Shown here in pieces: positions 8,700 to 16,269 of a stretch of 64,000 nucleotides of DNA. Source of the stretch: Candidatus Campbellbacteria bacterium RIFOXYC2_FULL_35_25 (GTDB lineage Bacteria; Patescibacteriota; Minisyncoccia; Phycocordibacterales; UBA12079). The stretch is from positions 69,356-133,355 of the forward strand of contig MFAE01000006.1 of the NCBI GenBank assembly GCA_001774495.1, in the 5' to 3' direction. The translations under genes and the position numbers were made by a program. The notes beneath the pieces are model-generated. The model saw only the letters and a list, made by a program, of their open reading frames with translations. It was not told where the DNA came from and searched no databases. Every line of letters begins with the position of its first letter. Positions within the stretch are counted from its first letter, which is position 1.

Positions 8700-9248
8700 T
8701 TAATCTTTTTTAATTATATTATCGATTTGAGTATAAAATTCTTCTAAAGACCCATTGTTATCAACAACAAAATCTGCTTCATTTTTTAAACCTTTAATTT
8801 GGAGTTCTGTTTCTTTTTCGTGATCAATTTGGAATTGTTCAAATGTTTTTTGATTATCATCTGAATTTTCTCCTCTTCCAACAATTCTTTCGTAACGCTT
8901 TTTCATATTAGTATCTACATAAACTAGTTTGAAATAAGGAATTTCTTTGAGATACTTTATATCATCTATTCTTCGCACTCCATCTATCACAATAATATTC
9001 GCATCATTTTTTCTTACATCATCAGCCATAACTTTTGCCAAAAGATCTTCACCAAAAACACTCCTCAAAGAAGTAGAAAGTTTTTGCATATTATCTCTGC
9101 TTTGCTCAAAATATAATCGATCTAAAATATCACGAAGCATGGTTGAAAATCGAAGTGATGTGCCATCAAATTTTTCTACAATATATTTTGTCATTGCACC
9201 CTTTCCCCCTGCAATTTCTCCAGCTATTCCTAAAATAATTTTTTTCAT
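8700..9248 (-). CDS. deoxynucleoside monophosphate kinase, phage T4 gp1-like P-loop kinase
   Basis: GIAGEIAGGKG P-loop, IVIDGVRR and a C-terminal NNGSLEEFYTQI that resembles T4 dNMP kinase (DGSLEELFSKI). Confidence 0.5.
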   Translation of the reverse strand: MKKIILGIAGEIAGGKGAMTKYIVEKFDGTSLRFSTMLRDILDRLYFEQSRDNMQKLSTSLRSVFGEDLLAKVMADDVRKNDANIIVIDGVRRIDDIKYLKEIPYFKLVYVDTNMKKRYERIVGRGENSDDNQKTFEQFQIDHEKETELQIKGLKNEADFVVDNNGSLEEFYTQIDNIIKKD

Positions 9249-9272
9249 GGTTATTAATCTTATTTTTTAAAA

Positions 9273-9770
9273 TTACATATCATCGTAAGTCTGTATCTCA
9301 TTATTTACAAGTTCATATTCGACTTTCGCTTCTTCAAAAAGATTCTTACTTTTATCCCCTGCGTGGTAATCCAGATTGCAAACAACTTTATTTATTCCAG
9401 CGTTTACTATCATTTTTGCACAAGTATAACAAGGCGTCATATGACAATATAAAGTAGCCCCTTCAAGGGCAATGCCAAATCTTGCTGCGGCGGTAAGAGC
9501 ATTTTGTTCCGCATGGGTAGTCCTTATGCAGTGTCGAGCTTCTGTTCCGTCCTCATTTTTAACTGTATGCATTTCGTGACCAACATCATCACAATGTACA
9601 ATTCCTGCTGGAGATCCAACGTATCCGGTTGATAAGATTCTCTTATTTTTTGCAATTAAACAACCAGATCTACCTCTGTCGCAAGTACCTCTAGTTCCAA
9701 TAACTTCAATAATATCCAAAAAGTATTGATCCCAAGACTGTCTTTTATGATTTATTTTTTCTTTTTTCAT
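9273..9770 (-). CDS. dCMP deaminase
   Basis: HAEQNAL...PCYTCAK zinc-binding motifs; 165 aa. Confidence 0.8.
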   Translation of the reverse strand: MKKEKINHKRQSWDQYFLDIIEVIGTRGTCDRGRSGCLIAKNKRILSTGYVGSPAGIVHCDDVGHEMHTVKNEDGTEARHCIRTTHAEQNALTAAARFGIALEGATLYCHMTPCYTCAKMIVNAGINKVVCNLDYHAGDKSKNLFEEAKVEYELVNNEIQTYDDM

Positions 9771-9935
9771 AATTTTTCATTAAAAATTTTCTTAAATAAG
9801 AACTTTATTTATAAGGATATCACCTTAAACAAACTCAATCAAACCCAACTGGATGCCGCCCTGATAATAGCTTTTTGAAAGGAGTTACTTTTTAATTTAT
9901 TCCTTATTACTAGATTTAAGTAAAATAAATTAAAA

Positions 9936-9972
9936 AATCTCAGCCTAGGCTGAGATTTTTTAAAATGATTCA
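9936..9972. terminator. bidirectional hairpin terminator
   Basis: tctcagcctaggctgaga flanked by A- and T-runs, downstream of rplK. Confidence 0.55.
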
Positions 9973-10087
9973 AATTTAGATGCTGAACGAGGAGGTAAAG
10001 GAAAATTTTTTGAGACGTATTGCAATACGACGAAAAAAATTTTCCTGATACCAACAAAGTTCGGCGCTAAATTTGGATTATTTAAAT

Positions 10088-10510
10088 TTATTTTACATCG
10101 ATACCCATACTCTTCGCCGTCCCCTCAATAATCTTACATGCTGCCTCTATATCATTAGCACTTAGATCTTCCATTTTTTCTTCAGCGATTTCTCTTATTT
10201 GAGCTTTTGAAATAGTTCCTACTTTCTTAGTAGCATTTTTTTCTGAACCTTTTGCGATTCCTATTTTTTTCAGAATTAACCTTGATGCAGGAGATACCTT
10301 TAGGATAAAATCAAAGCTTCTATCTTCGTAAACAGAAATCACAACAGGAATTATATTTCCAACCTTATCTTTGGTTGCTTCGTTGAATTGGTTAACGAAC
10401 TCACCAATATTTATTCCAGCCTGTCCAAGTGCTGGTCCAATAGGAGGAGCTGGTGTCGCTTTACCTGCAGGAATTTGTAATTTTAATTTTTTTACTGGTT
10501 TTTTTGCCAT
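10088..10510 (-). CDS. rplK: 50S ribosomal protein L11
   Basis: [18 protein letters not shown] and canonical L11 length (140 aa). Confidence 0.92.
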   Translation of the reverse strand: MAKKPVKKLKLQIPAGKATPAPPIGPALGQAGINIGEFVNQFNEATKDKVGNIIPVVISVYEDRSFDFILKVSPASRLILKKIGIAKGSEKNATKKVGTISKAQIREIAEEKMEDLSANDIEAACKIIEGTAKSMGIDVK

Positions 10511-10531
10511 ATTATTTTTATTAAGTTAATA

Positions 10532-11077
10532 TTATATTCTTTTAATTTGTAGAAAGTCTAATTCGACAGGAGTCTCTCTCCCGAACATGGAAACAAGAAC
10601 CTTGACCTTACCACTTTTTTCATCAACCTCGATAACCTTACCTTCTGTATCTTTAAATGGCCCGTCTACAATAATCACGGCGTCATCAACTAACAAGTCT
10701 ATCGCGTGCTTTGTTACGTCCAGATTCATTCTTTCTGTTAATTCTTTCATCTCGGCTTCACTAACAGGAACTGGGTTTACTCCAGCCCCAACGAAACCGG
10801 TCACTCTAGGCGTATTTCTAACAACGTGCCAAGAATCATCTGTAACTATCATATCTACAAGAATATACCCTGGGTAAATTCTTTCCATTTCTTCCACTCT
10901 TTTACCTCCTTTTATTTTTATTTTCTTTTCCATAGGAACAACAACATCAAAGATTAAATCTTTCATGTTAAGAGAATCTATTCTCTGTTTTAGGTTACGC
11001 ACAACAGCATTTTCATAACCAGCATAGGTATGAATAGCGTACCAATTTCTTCCTAAACTTTCATCTTGTTTTGCCAT
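10532..11077 (-). CDS. nusG: transcription termination/antitermination factor NusG
   Basis: N-terminal WYAIHTYAGYE NGN domain plus a C-terminal KOW motif; classic position in the secE-nusG-rplK cluster. Confidence 0.9.
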   Translation of the reverse strand: MAKQDESLGRNWYAIHTYAGYENAVVRNLKQRIDSLNMKDLIFDVVVPMEKKIKIKGGKRVEEMERIYPGYILVDMIVTDDSWHVVRNTPRVTGFVGAGVNPVPVSEAEMKELTERMNLDVTKHAIDLLVDDAVIIVDGPFKDTEGKVIEVDEKSGKVKVLVSMFGRETPVELDFLQIKRI

Positions 11078-11115
11078 AGTTTTAAGTAATAAGTATTAAA
11101 TAATAAAAAGTAAGT

Positions 11116-11295
11116 TTAAATGATAAATTTTTTCAACAACAATGAGAAAATAAAATCAAAGAAACCTAGAAAATAAGCTGTGAAAAGAGAAATAACAATA
11201 ACAATAATTGTAAACCAAACGGCTTGTTTTCTTGTTGGCCAACTTACGTGTTTTAACTCACCCCTTGTATCTTTTATATAATCAATTAATTTCAT
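11116..11295 (-). CDS. secE: preprotein translocase subunit SecE
   Basis: Single TM with KxVxWPxRxE-like motif (KHVSWPTRKQ), located upstream of nusG. Start chosen at the internal Met of the track ORF. Confidence 0.7.
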   Translation of the reverse strand: MKLIDYIKDTRGELKHVSWPTRKQAVWFTIIVIVISLFTAYFLGFFDFIFSLLLKKFII

Positions 11296-11514
11296 GTTCC
11301 AGTTTTTAGTTTTTAGTTGATAGTTTTTAGAAAACAATTTAAAAAATGGTTCTCTTTAAAACTTTTTATAATATGTTTGTTTGGATAGAAGCTTTGCTCA
11401 AGGCAAAACCAAACATTTTTAAAAACCCTTTCGGGCCTTATGTCAATATAATACTCTTTTAAATAAAGAAGTCAACAAACCACAAAAAACTTCTTATTCT
11501 ATCCTTCTCCGTCT

Positions 11515-11538
11515 TCTTTTGGGCGGCCACCGAGAATT
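11515..11538 (-). repeat. 24-nt direct duplicate of the tRNA-His 3' end
   Basis: ttttgggcggccaccgagaattg at 11515-11538 is identical to 11706-11729, which is the 3' end of the tRNA-His gene. Confidence 0.8.
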
Positions 11539-11711
11539 GCCTCCCAGTTCTAAATGAAATTTTCGTCCTGCGGACTCAATTTCATTAAGAACTCTTAGGC
11601 TCGTCGCTCGTATTTTTTCTGCGAAAAAATATACTTCGCTCTTTTCAATTCTCACTAGCCAGCACAAAAATATATTACACAAATACTACCGTATTTATTG
11701 CATTATTTTTG

Positions 11712-11783
11712 GGCGGCCACCGAGAATTGAACTCGGATTGAGGGATCCACAAACCCTAGTGTTACCATTACACCATGGCCGCC
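11712..11783 (-). tRNA. tRNA-His (GTG) with encoded G-1
   Basis: Manual fold: G-1:C73, acceptor GCGGCCA/TGGCCGC, D-stem GTGT/ACAC, anticodon loop TTGTGGA, T-arm CCGAG-TTCAATT-CTCGG. Confidence 0.75.
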
Positions 11784-11896
11784 ATATTAATTTTTTAGCT
11801 AACAGCTCACAGTTCACAGCCAACAGCTACAAACCCCAAACAATTAACAACAAGCTAATTTATAACAATTTATACCGAATTAGTCTAGTTTTTATT

Positions 11897-12550
11897 TTAT
11901 TTTACCAAAAATTTATATCCTTCTGGCAAAACTAAAGACTCCCTATTTTTTCCATCCCACTTAATTTCTTCGTGGATTACCAAGTTTGTGATATAAGACT
12001 GCCAACCATGTTCGATTTTATTTACTCTCTGCGCAAGAGTTTCTGGTGTATCGTCTTTTCTTATCCAAACAGGATATTCAAAAAAAGCAGGGCCATCATC
12101 ATAAATTTCGGTAACAAAATGCATTGTCACTGCTGAATATTCTACTTCTCCTCTTTTGTAAGCATCGATGGTTGCTTCATGAACAAAATGTCCATACATT
12201 CCATTTCCACCAAATTGAGGAATTCTCCCAGGATGAATATTAATTGTTCTTTGTGGGTCCAAACCAAGAGCAAGCTTTAACCAGCCCGAAAGTGACACCC
12301 ATTCTACCCCAGTTTCTTTTATAATTTTCTGATATTCTTCAGCGACATAAGGGCCTTTGAATAAAATAAATTTAATTCTATATTCATCAGCTATTTTCCT
12401 TACCCCACCATTTTCGTGGTTAGAAACTACCGCGACAATTTCCGCATCCAGAACACCTGTCTTATTATTTTCAACAAGTTCTCTAAGTCCAGAACCGCCT
12501 CCATCTTTAGAACCGGAAGCAAAAATTATCAGTTTAGGTTTATTTTTCAT
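11897..12550 (-). CDS. purN: phosphoribosylglycinamide formyltransferase (PurN-like)
   Basis: LIIFASGS, NIHPGRIP and HFVTEIYDDGP align with PurN motifs. The track ORF's N-terminal 43 aa overlaps the tRNA-Leu gene and is excluded. Confidence 0.7.
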   Translation of the reverse strand: MKNKPKLIIFASGSKDGGGSGLRELVENNKTGVLDAEIVAVVSNHENGGVRKIADEYRIKFILFKGPYVAEEYQKIIKETGVEWVSLSGWLKLALGLDPQRTINIHPGRIPQFGGNGMYGHFVHEATIDAYKRGEVEYSAVTMHFVTEIYDDGPAFFEYPVWIRKDDTPETLAQRVNKIEHGWQSYITNLVIHEEIKWDGKNRESLVLPEGYKFLVK

Positions 12551-12560
12551 ATTTTTATTG

Positions 12561-12645
12561 TGCCCAGAACTGGATTTGAACCAGCACGGATATAATATCC
12601 ACAGCCCCCTCAAGGCTGCGCGTCTACCAATTTCGCCACCTGAGC
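12561..12645 (-). tRNA. tRNA-Leu (GAG), type II with long variable arm
   Basis: Manual fold: acceptor GCTCAGG/TCTGGGC with wobble pairs, D-loop AAATTGGTAGA, anticodon loop TTGAGGG, variable-arm hairpin GGATAT/ATATCC, T-loop TTCAAAT. Confidence 0.7.
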
Positions 12646-12685
12646 AACATAACAACAAGTATAAAGTAGTAAGTATCAAGTATCA
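12646..12685 (-). promoter_or_regulatory. promoter TTGATA-N17-TATACT for tRNA-Leu
   Basis: Reverse complement reads caacTTGATActtgatacttactacttTATACTtg, ending about 10 nt before the tRNA 5' end. The same motif precedes mscL and ruvA. Confidence 0.55.
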
Positions 12686-12744
12686 AGTTGTTGAAGGTAA
12701 AAAAATCAGGAACAAAGTTCCTGATTTTTTTTATTTTTATTAGT

Positions 12745-13311
12745 TTAAGCCTGCTTCTCTTCTTCCTTAACTTCCTCTTTAGGAGCTTCCTCTGTTTCCT
12801 CAGCTTCAACAGGAGTTTCTTCGGTAACTTCAACTTCTGTCTCTACTACTACTTTTGCTTCCTCTTCTGCTTTCGCTGTTGCTTCTGTTTCTTCTTTAGC
12901 TATTCTAGTTTCTTCCTCAGAATCGCTCAATGAAGAAATATTTGTTGTCTTCATTTTTCTCATCTGTCGTTTAATTTCACGAGCAACTTTTTCACGAATA
13001 TGATAAAGTTTTGATCTTCTAACGCTAACTCTTTTTACGATTTCTATTTTATCAATACTTGGTGAATATAGCGGAAAGATTCTTTCAATACCAACTCCGT
13101 TTGAAACTTTTCTTACAGTAAAAGTAGCCCCTGGTTCTGATCCATGCTTTCTAGCCAATACCAAACCTTCAAAAGCCTGCAAACGAGTCTTCCCTTTTTC
13201 TTGAATTTTTACCCAAACACGCACAGTATCCCCGGCTTTAATTCCAAGCTTTTTTCTATCTTCAATATTTACGGGAGAAATATTTACTTTACTTATAATA
13301 TCCGTATTCAT
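12745..13311 (-). CDS. rplS: 50S ribosomal protein L19 with acidic C-terminal extension
   Basis: L19 core ([25 protein letters not shown]) followed by about 70 aa of E-rich tail. Confidence 0.8.
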   Translation of the reverse strand: MNTDIISKVNISPVNIEDRKKLGIKAGDTVRVWVKIQEKGKTRLQAFEGLVLARKHGSEPGATFTVRKVSNGVGIERIFPLYSPSIDKIEIVKRVSVRRSKLYHIREKVAREIKRQMRKMKTTNISSLSDSEEETRIAKEETEATAKAEEEAKVVVETEVEVTEETPVEAEETEEAPKEEVKEEEKQA

Positions 13312-13450
13312 AATGAACAATAGATTATCATATATAGTCCTATTTCGCAACAAATTATAATTAGTTTGGTTGTCTAATATAAAAAACTACGGTATATTCT
13401 AGGTAGATTTGTTATTTATTCAACCTTTAACAAGAATAAAGGAGTAACTT

Positions 13451-13669
13451 ATGAATAATCTACATCCAGAATTTTTAAAAACTTGCCTTGGATTGATTTT
13501 AGGTTTTATAGCGATAAACTCTCTAACAATTGCCATTAAAACTTTTTTATCATCAGGCAGTGATTATAAAAGAAGAAGCGGTTCTTGTGTTAAGATAAAT
13601 AAAAAAACTAAAATGTGGAGTATAAAAAAAGTAAGCTCAGATGAAGATATTGAAAGAATTTTAGGGTAG
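13451..13669 (+). CDS. small hypothetical membrane protein
   Basis: AAGGAG RBS upstream, one predicted TM, and a strong terminator hairpin immediately downstream at 13677-13716. Confidence 0.35.
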   Translation: MNNLHPEFLKTCLGLILGFIAINSLTIAIKTFLSSGSDYKRRSGSCVKINKKTKMWSIKKVSSDEDIERILG

Positions 13670-13742
13670 CTATACAAAAACCGTTGGTGATGAGATTCGT
13701 CACCAACGGTTTTTTTAATTTTAAAGAATCTAAATTTATATT

Positions 13743-14495
13743 TTAATTTTTAAAATTTTTTAGAGCTGTTTGAAAATCGCTAGGTAATTCAGCCTCAAAA
13801 ATCATTTTAGTGCCATTCAGTAGCGAGATTTCTAAAGAATAAGCATGCAAAGCTAATCTCTCAAACCCTAAGGCGCATTCTTGTTTTGGAGCATAAAGTT
13901 TATCGCAAACAATTGGGTAATTGATAGCTTTAAAGTGAACACGAATTTGATGGGTCCTTCCTGTCTTGGGATTTACCTCAACATAAGAAAAACCTCCCCC
14001 TCTCTTCAAAACCTTATACTCGGTTACCGCTTCTCTCATCTTTCCTCTTGCCCCTCTTTGCGCTGACCATTTTCTAAAATCGCTTGAACTTCTCCCAATG
14101 GGACGGTCAATGGTCCATTCATCATTTTTTATTTCTCCGTAAACAAAAGCTCGATAACTTTTTTTTGTTTCTCTATTCTGAAATTGATTTTTTAAGTGAA
14201 GGAATGATTCTTGATTTTTGGCAATAACCAAGATGCCAGAAGTTTCTTTATCCAAGCGGTGAACAATACCAGGGCGTTTTATAATTTCCCCAGAAGACAA
14301 AACCAGAGGCTCCCCAACATTCTCAGTTTCTGGATAATTTTTCAAAACCCAATCTACTAAAGTTTTTTCTTTTGTTCTTCCATCCCTATCCCCATTTTTT
14401 GGAAAATGAGTTGGACGAGCAGGGTGAACCACCAAACCAACAGGCTTGTTTATTACAACGATATTTTCATCTTCATAAATTATTGGTATTTGCAT
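13743..14495 (-). CDS. RluA-family pseudouridine synthase
   Basis: Catalytic HRLDKETSG motif; 250 aa. Confidence 0.8.
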   Translation of the reverse strand: MQIPIIYEDENIVVINKPVGLVVHPARPTHFPKNGDRDGRTKEKTLVDWVLKNYPETENVGEPLVLSSGEIIKRPGIVHRLDKETSGILVIAKNQESFLHLKNQFQNRETKKSYRAFVYGEIKNDEWTIDRPIGRSSSDFRKWSAQRGARGKMREAVTEYKVLKRGGGFSYVEVNPKTGRTHQIRVHFKAINYPIVCDKLYAPKQECALGFERLALHAYSLEISLLNGTKMIFEAELPSDFQTALKNFKN

Positions 14496-14622
14496 TGTTA
14501 TTAGTATAGCAAAAAATTACCCCGACTATCTATTTTATTTAAAATCATTGACTTCTTTGTTTTTAAGTATTACTATTCAATTTAGAAAGTGACTGTTTCT
14601 TAGATTTTTTAATCTTAAAGAG

Positions 14623-15038
14623 GTGCGTGGAATGAAAAAAACACCAAGGGAAATAATGATTCTTGTTGTTGAGAGCTTTCCTGGAATGGCTTTACTCTGG
14701 GAGAGAAGGCTTGGAAATCTCTGGGGAAACGACGTAAGAATTATCTCGGCTGAATCCGAGTCCGAAACACTGAAAATTTTGAAGGAGATGCCGGCTATTG
14801 ATATCATCATCACTAACGCTGTTCTCGGTCGGTACCCTCTTGGGTCAAAAAGAAGGGCGGACGCTATACCGTTGGTAAAAAAATTCGCGAAACCTACCCT
14901 AATACGCCAATGGTGGCAATATCGACAAACCCGGAATTCAGGGACAAAATGATGAAAGCAGGATGTAACCATCAATGCAACAAAACATGGGAAGATCTCA
15001 GACAGAAAATGAAAGAATTGATAGAAATGGTACAGTAA
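14623..15038 (+). CDS. stand-alone CheY-like pseudo-receiver domain protein, frameshifted at an A7 run
   Basis: GTG start with AAGAGG RBS. ILVVES...IIITNAVL (acceptor Asp replaced by Asn; DD pair replaced by ES). After the A-run at 14877-14883 the -1 frame continues as IRETYPNTPMVAISTN...KAGCN, a typical receiver C-terminus. Terminator at 15061-15095. Confidence 0.5.
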
Positions 15039-15234
15039 CAACACACTTGCCCTAATTGTTGAAATGGCCCACGCGCGAACGTGGGCCATTCTTTTATTTA
15101 CAATGAACTTTAAATAAGATAATATATAAGGTGTTCAATATTTGATTGGATGATTAACTTCCTCCAGAGGCGGACAGGCAGTTTCATTTAGGATTTGAAA
15201 ATTAAATATAATATCCAAGTATACAATAATATTT

Positions 15235-15308
15235 GGGCGATTAGCTCAGTTGGTTAGAGCAACCCGTTTACACCGGGTAGGCCGGGGGTTCGAATCCCTC
15301 ATCGCCCA
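15235..15308 (+). tRNA. tRNA-Val (TAC)
   Basis: Manual fold: acceptor GGGCGAT/ATCGCCC, D-arm GCTCAGTTGGTTAGAGC, anticodon loop TTTACAC, T-loop TTCGAAT. Confidence 0.85.
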
Positions 15309-15580
15309 CACAAACAAAAAACAGCACCCGTTAAGGTGCTGTTTTTTGTTTGTGTGGGCGATGAAGAAAAGTCCCTGCGGACTTTTCGTGGGATTCGAAC
15401 AGGCGGAGACATGTTTTGCGAAGCAAAACAGTCGAGCCAAGCCTACGAACACTTTGGTTTTTTAGAGTCTGTAACGAAGTGAAAGATTCTAAAAAAACTT
15501 AGTGATTCGGAGGTCGAATCTGTCGCCCACAAAATCTTAGACCCCGGAACGTTAGTTCTGGGGTCTTTGATTTTGTAGGG
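15309..15580 (+). repeat. tRNA 3'-flank module copy a2 (plus orientation), downstream of tRNA-Val
   Basis: 29-bp perfect palindrome that includes the tRNA 3' end, followed by the hairpin GAAAAGTCC-CTGC-GGACTTTTC, the inverted T-arm fragment GGGATTCGAAC and the hairpin GTTTTGC-GAA-GCAAAAC. A degenerate direct copy of the Val 3' end (ggtcgaatctgtcgcccaca) sits at ~15529-15548. Confidence 0.6.
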
Positions 15581-15589
15581 CGATGAGGG

Positions 15590-15818
15590 ATTCGAACGGC
15601 GCAGGAAAGCAGGAATCGTCCCGCGATTACTAAGTAAATTTTTCACAAGCTCAAATTTACAAAGTATCGCTGGACGTGGCTTGGTTTTTTTCTTCGCTAT
15701 GCTACGTAAAATATGCCTCCGCCATCCGATTCCTAACGAAGAGTGCGTAGGCACTTTTCTCCGAGGGCACAAAACGAAACAAAACCGAAGCTAATAGCTT
15801 CGGTTTTGTTTCGTTTTG
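15590..15818 (-). repeat. tRNA 3'-flank module copy a, downstream of tRNA-Arg(TCT)
   Basis: 27-bp palindrome including the tRNA 3' acceptor, then the conserved GGAGAAAAGTGCC..GCACT.TTCG hairpin and the conserved core GTCCAGCGATACTTTGTAAATTT..TTAGTAATCGCGGGACGATTC. It ends in GCAGGAATCG, duplicating the tRNA 3' end. Confidence 0.7.
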
Positions 15819-15890
15819 TGCCCTCGGCAGGAATCGAACCTACATTAACGGCTTAGAAGTCCGCAGTTCTATCCATTGAACTACGAGGGC
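15819..15890 (-). tRNA. tRNA-Arg (TCT)
   Basis: Manual fold: acceptor GCCCTCG/CGAGGGC, D-arm GTTCAATGGATAGAAC, anticodon loop CTTCTAA, T-arm GTAGG-TTCGATT-CCTGC. Confidence 0.8.
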
Positions 15891-15935
15891 AACTATTAAA
15901 CTTTCAGTAAATTTGGATGAATACAATATACCAGA

Positions 15936-16262
15936 TTATAAAACTTGGTCAATGATAACCTTTTCATTTTTTAGATTTTCGAATGTTTCTGCTCTTTTTT
16001 CAAAATCTAAAATCACTTTTAATAGGTCACTTTTGTTAATTTCATCAAACTTAAATATCTCCTCAGTTTTTTCCTTTACCTCAAAAAAAGTGCCTTTATC
16101 TATCCCTTGGTATAAGTAATGACTAAAAAATACTACCCAAACATTCAAGAAAAGAAATAAAATTATTATAGCAAGCCATCCATGTAAAGATGTGATACCA
16201 AAACCAATGGCTTCTTTCAAGCTTAAAATGTTTTTTATTTCTTTTAAAATATCTTTAAACAT
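15936..16262 (-). CDS. hypothetical membrane protein in pilus gene cluster
   Basis: One TM segment, downstream of the pilO-like gene; function unknown. Confidence 0.3.
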   Translation of the reverse strand: MFKDILKEIKNILSLKEAIGFGITSLHGWLAIIILFLFLNVWVVFFSHYLYQGIDKGTFFEVKEKTEEIFKFDEINKSDLLKVILDFEKRAETFENLKNEKVIIDQVL

Positions 16263-16269
16263 ATTTATG

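Noticed and set aside
11494-11682. 62-aa ORF called in the track
   Set aside because: It lies entirely within the tRNA-His 3' flank / duplicate region, has an arginine-run composition and no RBS. It is a likely ORF-caller artefact.
11897-12679. N-terminal 43 codons of the 260-aa track ORF
   Set aside because: This extension overlaps the tRNA-Leu gene. The PurN homology begins at the internal Met (MKNKPKLIIF).
14577-15089. 170-aa minus-strand ORF
   Set aside because: It is antisense to the receiver-domain gene, which has clear domain similarity, an RBS and a terminator. The minus ORF shows no recognisable features.
15246-15772. Track ORFs 15246-15452 (-), 15250-15465 (+) and 15443-15772 (-)
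   Set aside because: They overlap tRNA-Val and the structured palindromic modules on both strands. No RBS is present, and they translate palindromes.
15309-15818. The tRNA-flank modules being REP/REPIN elements mobilised by the RAYT at 45550-46227
   Set aside because: The hairpins flanking the RAYT gene (GGCAAGGCC palindromes) share no sequence with the module core. The modules carry tRNA-specific terminal duplications, which are not a feature of REPINs.
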